In this document: positions 58,383-64,000 of the stretch, piece after piece
Numbering within the stretch: position 1 is the first letter of the stretch
Layout of the letters: each line of letters starts with the position of its first letter
Assembly: GCA_030530685.1 (NCBI GenBank)
Contig: JAUMUM010000009.1
Span: 4,465 to 68,464, forward strand
Source: Actinomycetaceae bacterium
GTDB taxonomy: Bacteria > Actinomycetota > Actinomycetes > Actinomycetales > Actinomycetaceae
DNA: 64,000 bases
Direction of reading: 5' to 3'
Translations under genes and position numbers: made by a program
The notes under the pieces: model-generated
What the model was told of the DNA's origin: nothing
Seen by the model: the letters and a program-made list of their open reading frames with translations, nothing else
The model's database searches: none

Positions 58383-59138
58383 ATGTCGGTCATCGAGTGG
58401 GCATTCGATCAGGCCGTGCCGGGCGCGCGCGTGAGGGCGGGATTCACCCAGCGCAGGGGTGGCGTTTCCGAGGGGCCGTACGCCCAGTTGAACCTCGGTT
58501 TCCACGTGGGCGACGACCCGCAGGCGGTGCGGTCCAATCGCGAGATCCTCGAGGCGTGCGTGCCTGGCCTCGGGTGGATGGACCAGGTGCACGGCCGGGC
58601 CATAGCGCTCGCGGAGGCCGGACGCACGGCGGGTGCGACAGACGCGCTCGTCGTCGACCCGGCTGATAACGGGTGTACGGCGGCTGCCGTCATGGTCGCC
58701 GACTGCGTCCCGCTCCTCATCGTCGCGAGGGACCAACCTGTGGCCGCCGCTGTCCACGTGGGGCGCGGAGGATTCCTCGCGTCCATCGCCCCCGGGGTTG
58801 TCGCGGCCATGCGGGCCAGGGGCTGCCACGATCTCGTGGCCATCCTCGGCCCGTCGATTTGCGGTCGGTGCTACGAGGTCCCAGCCGAGATGCGCGCCGA
58901 GGCCGAAGCGGTCGCCGCCGAGGCGGCCTCGACAACCTCCTGGTCGAGCCCGTCCATCGACATTCCTGCGGGTCTGGTATCACAGCTCAAGCTCAACGGT
59001 GTGTCGAACGTCATTCGCAGCGATTCGTGCACGTTCGAGGACGAGGCCTTCTTCTCCCACAGGCGCGCCACTGCAGCCGGAACCCAGACCGGGCGCTTCG
59101 CTGGCGTCGTTCAAGTCCTTCGCGACACGCCCGCCTAA
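58383..59138 (+). CDS. pgeF: YfiH/PgeF (DUF152) purine nucleoside phosphorylase / peptidoglycan editing factor.
   Basis: HG...VADCVP...H...CGRCYEV metal-binding pattern. Sits immediately after ftsZ. Confidence 0.8.
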   Translation: MSVIEWAFDQAVPGARVRAGFTQRRGGVSEGPYAQLNLGFHVGDDPQAVRSNREILEACVPGLGWMDQVHGRAIALAEAGRTAGATDALVVDPADNGCTAAAVMVADCVPLLIVARDQPVAAAVHVGRGGFLASIAPGVVAAMRARGCHDLVAILGPSICGRCYEVPAEMRAEAEAVAAEAASTTSWSSPSIDIPAGLVSQLKLNGVSNVIRSDSCTFEDEAFFSHRRATAAGTQTGRFAGVVQVLRDTPA

Positions 59139-59191
59139 ATGCTCGGGGTCGTGCTGACGTTGCAATACGTTGAAGCAAGACACGATTTCGA

Positions 59192-59611
59192 GTGAAAGAG
59201 ATGCAGTCCATGGGAATGTTCCAACGCTTCGTCGACAGGGCGACCTTGAACGACGAGTACGACTACGAGGACGGCTACGACGACTACGTCGACGAGGATG
59301 ACTACGATGCCGACGTCGCGCCGATTCACTCGATCTCCTCGGTTCCTCAGCTCGCCCGCATTGTCACTGTCCATCCGACCTCCTTTTCCGAGGTGAGGGC
59401 TTTCGCGGTCCAGTATCGCTCGGGTCTTCCCGTCATCCTCAACCTCGCCGACGCAGACGACGACACGCGTAAGCGCATCGTCGACTTCGCGCTGGGCCTG
59501 TGCTTTGGCCTGGAGGGCCAGCTCAACAAGGTGTCGGACGAAGTCCTGCTCATGACGCCTCACACGGTAACGATGGACGAGCAGGCTGCGGAGGATTCCT
59601 CGACGTTCTGA
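59192..59611 (+). CDS. sepF: Cell-division protein SepF.
   Basis: SepF core (RIVTVHPTSFSEVRAFAVQYRSGLPVILNL). GTG at 59192; an ATG at 59201 is an alternative start. Confidence 0.85.
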   Translation: MKEMQSMGMFQRFVDRATLNDEYDYEDGYDDYVDEDDYDADVAPIHSISSVPQLARIVTVHPTSFSEVRAFAVQYRSGLPVILNLADADDDTRKRIVDFALGLCFGLEGQLNKVSDEVLLMTPHTVTMDEQAAEDSSTF

Positions 59612-59898
59612 TGTCTTCGCTCTTCATACTCCTGGCTGGTCTCATCCAGCTGTACATCCTGGTTCTCATCGCACGCGTGGTCCTGGACATCGTCCAGATG
59701 ACGGCTCGCGATTGGAGACCCACCGGTGGGGTCCTGGTCGCGGTGAACCTCGTCTACCGCGTGACAGATCCGCCGCTTCGTTTCCTTGGGAGGTTCATTC
59801 CGCCTCTGAGAGTGGGGGCAGTCGCCTTCGATCTCGGGTTCATCATCCTGGTCTTCGCACTGACGCTACTGGCGAGAGTTCTCATGAGTTTGGCCTGA
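59611..59898 (+). CDS. yggT: YggT-family membrane protein.
   Basis: 96 aa with two TM helices. ATG overlaps the sepF stop. Position is sepF-yggT-divIVA. Confidence 0.7.
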   Translation: MSSLFILLAGLIQLYILVLIARVVLDIVQMTARDWRPTGGVLVAVNLVYRVTDPPLRFLGRFIPPLRVGAVAFDLGFIILVFALTLLARVLMSLA

Positions 59899-60087
59899 TT
59901 TTTCATCTGGGCAGTGCCCATCTTTTCGCGCCAATCCGGCAAAATCTGCCGGGTGGGTTCTATCTCACTGTGCCCGATCAAGATTCACACGGTGAACATC
60001 GGTACCACTTTCGGGTAGCCTATCCCCTAGGCGGCGTTTTTCGCCCGCTTAGGAATGTTTACCGACTTTTAGAGGTGAAAGACACAC

Positions 60088-60690
60088 ATGGCGCTGCTCA
60101 CTGAATCCGATGTCCTGAATGCGCGCTTCAAGGCGCCCACTTCAGTCGAGATGGGCTACGACCTGGACCAGGTTGACTTCTTCCTTGATGAAGTTGCCGA
60201 GACTATCGCTCAGCTGACCGCACAGAAGGCTGAGCTGGAGAACAAGCTGAAGGTTGCCGAAGCTCGGGTCACCGAGCTCGAGAATGCCGGTACTCCGGCT
60301 CCGGGTGCTTCCGGCGATGCGCCCTACTCGGCGGCCAGCACTGCTTCGTTCGCTCCCGTTGGCGGTTCTTCCTCCAACGACCCCTCTGCTGTCACCGGCA
60401 TGCTCGCGCTTGCCCAGCAGCTTCACGACAAGTACATCAACGACGGCAAGGCGGAGTCCGAGCGTATCCTCACGGAGGCAAATGCTGAGGGTCAGCGGAT
60501 CATCGCCGAAGCCGAGGAGCAGCACAACCGGACGCTCACGCAGCTGGAGCAGGAGCGCGGTTTGTTGGAGCGCAAGATCTCGGAGCTTCGCGATTTCGAG
60601 CGTGACTACCGCACTCGACTCAAGAGCTACCTCGAGTCGCTGCTTGCCGATGTGGAGGTCGGTTCGGTGCCCGCGGGCGATCAGCGATAA
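60088..60690 (+). CDS. divIVA: DivIVA (Wag31-like) coiled-coil protein.
   Basis: N-terminal DivIVA domain (LTESDVLNARFK...GYDLDQVDFFLDEV) plus coiled coil. Confidence 0.85.
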   Translation: MALLTESDVLNARFKAPTSVEMGYDLDQVDFFLDEVAETIAQLTAQKAELENKLKVAEARVTELENAGTPAPGASGDAPYSAASTASFAPVGGSSSNDPSAVTGMLALAQQLHDKYINDGKAESERILTEANAEGQRIIAEAEEQHNRTLTQLEQERGLLERKISELRDFERDYRTRLKSYLESLLADVEVGSVPAGDQR

Positions 60691-60749
60691 ACGTACTGCG
60701 GCAAGGGCGGCGGCAGCTTGTGTGGCTGCCGCCGTCGGCTGTGTGAGGA

Positions 60750-61469
60750 GTGTGCTTGGTGGCCGTTGAGCGAGGCAAACGTGCGGGCTTGCGTGTGGTG
60801 GTCGCGGTTCTATGCGGGATCACCGTCTTGGCCGTCGACCAGGCGAGCAAGGTGTGGGCGACCACCGCTCTGGGCGGCGGGCGGGACGTTCCGCTTCTCG
60901 GCAGCTGGTTGAGTTTCCGGCTTCATTATAACCCCGGGGCCGCCTTCTCCTTTGCCGTGGGGGCGACGTGGATGCTGACGGTCATCGCCTCCATCGTCGT
61001 CGTCGTGCTGCCTTTCTTTTTCCGGGCGGCGCCATCACGCATGTGGGCCATTGCGCTCGGCGTGGCGTGGGGCGGTGCGGCGGGAAACCTCGCCGACCGG
61101 CTCGTCCGCCAGCCCGGCTTCGGCCAAGGCCACGTCGTCGACTTTATCAGGTACGGCGATTGGTTCATTGGCAATGTTGCGGACATCGCGCTCGTTGTGG
61201 GCGTGGGCACGCTTGCCTTCCTGTCCCTGACGGATTCCGGAAAGGGCGAGGGCGGCCAGGACTCACGGGGCGGCGATGATGACTCCGGTCGGGAAGGGTC
61301 CAGCCGGGAGGAAGACGCCAGTCGGGAAGAGTCTCAAGAACCCGGCGAGCAGGGCGAAGAGGCCGGGCTGCCCGACGGGGATGATCGAGCCCGGCCCGAC
61401 GGGGGGAATGGGGCGCTGACCGTTACGGAGGCGCAGCCGCAGGGCGAGGACGGGCGCGCCGATGCCTGA
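60750..61469 (+). CDS. lspA: Lipoprotein signal peptidase II with a Gly/Asp/Glu-rich C-terminal tail.
   Basis: Four TM helices with conserved NPGAAFS and FIGNVADIA motifs. Confidence 0.8.
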   Translation: MCLVAVERGKRAGLRVVVAVLCGITVLAVDQASKVWATTALGGGRDVPLLGSWLSFRLHYNPGAAFSFAVGATWMLTVIASIVVVVLPFFFRAAPSRMWAIALGVAWGGAAGNLADRLVRQPGFGQGHVVDFIRYGDWFIGNVADIALVVGVGTLAFLSLTDSGKGEGGQDSRGGDDDSGREGSSREEDASREESQEPGEQGEEAGLPDGDDRARPDGGNGALTVTEAQPQGEDGRADA

Positions 61470-62391
61470 GCGGAGATACTACCCGGTTCCTGAGGGTTTG
61501 GCCGGCGACCGTGTCGACGCGGTCCTCGCCCGCATGACCGGCCTGTCGAGGAGCGCATGTGCCCGGGTGATCGACGGCGGTGACGTCTGGGTCGACGGCG
61601 CTGCGCCGACCAAATCGGACCGTGTCGCCTCCGGCTCCGTCATCGAGGTGCTCATGCCCGAGCCGCCCAGGGTCGTGCCCAAGGCCACCGAGGGCACTCT
61701 GGCGCGCCTCTACGAGGACGACGACATCGTCGTCGTGGACAAGCCGGCCGGCTTGGCCGCCCATCCTTCGCTGAACTTCGAAGGTCCGGATGTGCTCGGG
61801 ACACTCCTGGCCGAAGGAACGAGCCTGACGACCTCGGGCCCGCCCGAACGCAAGGGAATCGTGCACCGGCTCGATGTGGGCACGTCGGGCTGCATGGTCG
61901 TCGCCAAGTCGGAGCGCGCCTACGGCCTTCTCAAGAGGGCCTTTCGCGACCGAGAGGTGACCAAGGACTATCACGCCCTCGTGCAGGGACACCTTGATCC
62001 GATGCGGGGAACGATCGACGCTCCCATCGGCCGTGACCACCGGCACCAGTGGAAGATGGGCATCCGGCAGGACGGGCGCCGCGCCGTCACGCGCTACGAG
62101 ACCGCCGAGGCCATGGCCGGGGCGAGCCTCGTACACGTCCGGCTTGAGACGGGGCGCACGCATCAGATCCGCGTGCATATGGCGGCCACCGGTCATCCGT
62201 GCGCGGGTGACGAGACGTACGGCGCAGACCCCGTGCTCGCCGGCAAGCTCGGCCTAGCGCGCCAGTGGCTCCACGCTGTTCGGCTGGGATTCGAACATCC
62301 GGGCACCGGGAACTGGGTCGAGTTCGAGTCGGGGTATCCTGAGGATCTGGCCGAGGCGCTCCGGATCGTGCGGGAGGGCATCTACGGCTAG
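61462..62391 (+). CDS. rluD: RluA/RluD-family pseudouridine synthase.
   Basis: N-terminal S4 domain and [12 protein letters not shown] catalytic motif. Conserved lspA-rluD pairing. Confidence 0.85.
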   Translation: MPERRYYPVPEGLAGDRVDAVLARMTGLSRSACARVIDGGDVWVDGAAPTKSDRVASGSVIEVLMPEPPRVVPKATEGTLARLYEDDDIVVVDKPAGLAAHPSLNFEGPDVLGTLLAEGTSLTTSGPPERKGIVHRLDVGTSGCMVVAKSERAYGLLKRAFRDREVTKDYHALVQGHLDPMRGTIDAPIGRDHRHQWKMGIRQDGRRAVTRYETAEAMAGASLVHVRLETGRTHQIRVHMAATGHPCAGDETYGADPVLAGKLGLARQWLHAVRLGFEHPGTGNWVEFESGYPEDLAEALRIVREGIYG

Positions 62392-62481
62392 GGTCGGCAC
62401 GGTTGCCGAACTGGCCGTTGCCGACAGGTCGGCCGTCGTGGGCGACGGAAAACAGGGGCGGCGGCCCCGAAGGAGAAGACG

Positions 62482-62937
62482 ATGATTGACGTGGTTGCGA
62501 CCGACGAGCAACTCGAGCGCTGCTGGGCGATACGCCTGGAAGTCTTCGTCGGTGAGCAGAAGGTGCCCGACGACGAAGAAATCGACGCCCTGGACATTGA
62601 GGAACGGACCGTGCACCTGCTGGCGAGCCGGGATGGCGCCGACCTGGGAACGCTGCGCCTGTACCCTGACGGCCCAGGCGTGTGCCATATCGGACGCGTG
62701 GCGGTCAAGCGTTCGGCTCGCGGCCTGGGAGTGGGGCGCGAGCTCATGGATCGGGCGGCGCAGGTGGCGCTGGAGCGCTTCGGCGACGACGGGGGCGTCG
62801 AGATCCATCTGAGTGCGCAGGAGCAGGCGATCGGGTTCTACGAGGCATGCGGATACGAGCTCATCGACGGGCCGCACTACCTCGACGCGGGCATCTGGCA
62901 CCGCGACATGGTGGGCCACTTTCCGCTGCCCGGCTGA
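62482..62937 (+). CDS. GNAT-family N-acetyltransferase.
   Basis: RGLGVGRELMDRA acetyl-CoA-binding motif; 151 aa. Confidence 0.7.
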   Translation: MIDVVATDEQLERCWAIRLEVFVGEQKVPDDEEIDALDIEERTVHLLASRDGADLGTLRLYPDGPGVCHIGRVAVKRSARGLGVGRELMDRAAQVALERFGDDGGVEIHLSAQEQAIGFYEACGYELIDGPHYLDAGIWHRDMVGHFPLPG

Positions 62938-63028
62938 TAGCTGCCCGGGTGAGACTCGATACCTCACGGTCCCCGGGTGAGGGGTGCGCCCCGGAGATAA
63001 TGTCGGCGGGCGCCACTACAATCGGTGC

Positions 63029-64000
63029 ATGGCTTCCAAGGACTTCGCACACCTGCACGTTCATACCGAATACTCGATGCTCGACGGCGCCGCCAAGATC
63101 AGGGAGCTCGTGGCGCAGGCCAAGAGGCAGGGCCAGTCATCTCTGGCGATCACCGACCACGGATACTGCTTCGGTGCCTACGAGTTCTACAAGGAGTGCA
63201 GGAATGCCGAGGTCAAACCGATCATCGGCGTCGAAGCATACATGACGCCCGGCACCTCGCGCCGCGGGGCCGACCGCGTCCTGTGGGGAGACGAATCCCA
63301 GCGCGCTGACGACGTCTCGGCCCGCGGGGCCTACACCCATCTGACGCTGCTGGCCCAGGATAATACCGGGCTGCACAACCTCTTCCGCATGGACTCGCTC
63401 GCCTCCCTCGAAGGCCAGATGGGCAAGTGGCCGCGCATGGACATGGAGCTGCTAGAGACCTTCCACGAGGGCCTCATCGCCACGGCTGGCTGCCCCTCCG
63501 GTGAGGTCCAAACCCGCCTGCGCCTCGGCCAGTTCGACGAGGCCTACGCCGCCGCCGGCGCCATGCAGGATCTGTTCGGCAAAGAAAACTACTTCGTCGA
63601 ACTCATGGACCACAACAACTCCATTGAGCGGCGCGTCAGAAACGAACTGCTCGATCTGGCCAAGAAGATCGACGCCCCGCTGCTGGCCACGAACGACTCG
63701 CACTACGTCAAGGCGGAAGATGCCCACATCCAGGATGCGATGCTGTGCATCAACTCCGGATCGACCCTCCAGGACCCCAATCGCTTCACCTTCGACGGCG
63801 AGGGCTACCACCTGCGTTCGACCGAGGAAATGTGGGACCTGTTTGGCGACATTCCCGAGGCCTGCAAGAACACCCTGCTCGTGGCCGAGCGCTGCAATGT
63901 CTCTTTCACGACGGTCGCGGACGGAGCCAATTACATGCCGGACTTCCCCGTACCGCCGGGGGAAGACCTGACATCCTGGTTCATCAAGGAAGTCGAGCGG
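63029..64000 (+). CDS. dnaE: DNA polymerase III alpha subunit, N-terminal PHP domain (3'-truncated at the window edge).
   Basis: FAHLHVHTEYSMLDGAAKI...AITDHG... PHP motifs. The ORF runs off the end of the window. Confidence 0.9.
   Translation, partial: MASKDFAHLHVHTEYSMLDGAAKIRELVAQAKRQGQSSLAITDHGYCFGAYEFYKECRNAEVKPIIGVEAYMTPGTSRRGADRVLWGDESQRADDVSARGAYTHLTLLAQDNTGLHNLFRMDSLASLEGQMGKWPRMDMELLETFHEGLIATAGCPSGEVQTRLRLGQFDEAYAAAGAMQDLFGKENYFVELMDHNNSIERRVRNELLDLAKKIDAPLLATNDSHYVKAEDAHIQDAMLCINSGSTLQDPNRFTFDGEGYHLRSTEEMWDLFGDIPEACKNTLLVAERCNVSFTTVADGANYMPDFPVPPGEDLTSWFIKEVER

Noticed and set aside
1-64000. Search for mobile elements, CRISPR arrays, tRNA/rRNA genes, toxin-antitoxin pairs, and phage or defence systems.
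   Set aside because: I found no transposase, integrase, Cas-like gene or restriction-modification-like gene, no regularly spaced repeat-spacer array, and no tRNA-like cloverleaf candidate. Only the short direct repeats reported above are present. The small N6/N-methyltransferase (22751-23410) is an orphan RsmC/PrmC-like housekeeping type with no restriction-enzyme partner.

Overview
This is a high-GC (roughly 68-70% by eye) core-chromosome segment with actinobacterial gene order. Coding is dense and mostly on the + strand. The recognisable blocks are:
- ribF (5' partial), rpsO, pnp and an M16 peptidase.
- dapB, a GNAT acetyltransferase (-), dapA, RNase J, purine nucleoside phosphorylase and ftsK.
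- A capA-like gene (-), pgsA, cinA, a ClgR-like HTH regulator, a DUF3046 protein, recA and recX.
- miaB and miaA, a small methyltransferase (-), hflX, a DinG-like helicase and ldh.
- A divergent SOS pair (lexA on - and a ChiZ-like LysM gene) with Cheo-type LexA boxes, followed by nrdR.
- On the - strand: fadD with an unusual C-terminal 11-mer repeat tail, serA and a HelD-like helicase. Then a PAC2-family protein (+), a spermidine-synthase-like gene (-), dinB and a DUF3040 protein (all +).
- A complete dcw cluster (mraZ, rsmH, ftsL, ftsI, murE, murF, mraY, murD, ftsW, murG, murC, ftsQ, ftsZ), then pgeF, sepF, yggT, divIVA, lspA, rluD, a GNAT gene and the start of dnaE.

I found no rRNA, tRNA, CRISPR array, transposase, integrase or phage gene. 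I see no evidence of a novel multi-gene system; this looks like ordinary housekeeping DNA. What is worth a second look is mostly non-coding:
- A GGCACGA direct-repeat array upstream of ldh.
- Direct and tandem repeats upstream of fadD, ftsK and rpsO.
- A RecA-NDp/PafBC-like promoter motif upstream of recA, whose TGTCGGAGG core recurs in the lexA/chiZ-like intergenic region.
- A roughly 640-bp dcw leader that is unusually AT-rich and pyrimidine-rich for this genome, with three GTGG boxes at 10-bp spacing just upstream of mraZ.
- Arg/Gly-rich disordered N-terminal tails on FtsQ (including a 48-bp tandem duplication) and FtsW.
- A 153-aa Cys/His-containing hypothetical protein of unknown family.

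Most stem-loops after genes are GC-rich hairpins without clear T-tracts (I-shaped). All coordinates and identifications come from reading the sequence and the ORF track; no database search was possible.
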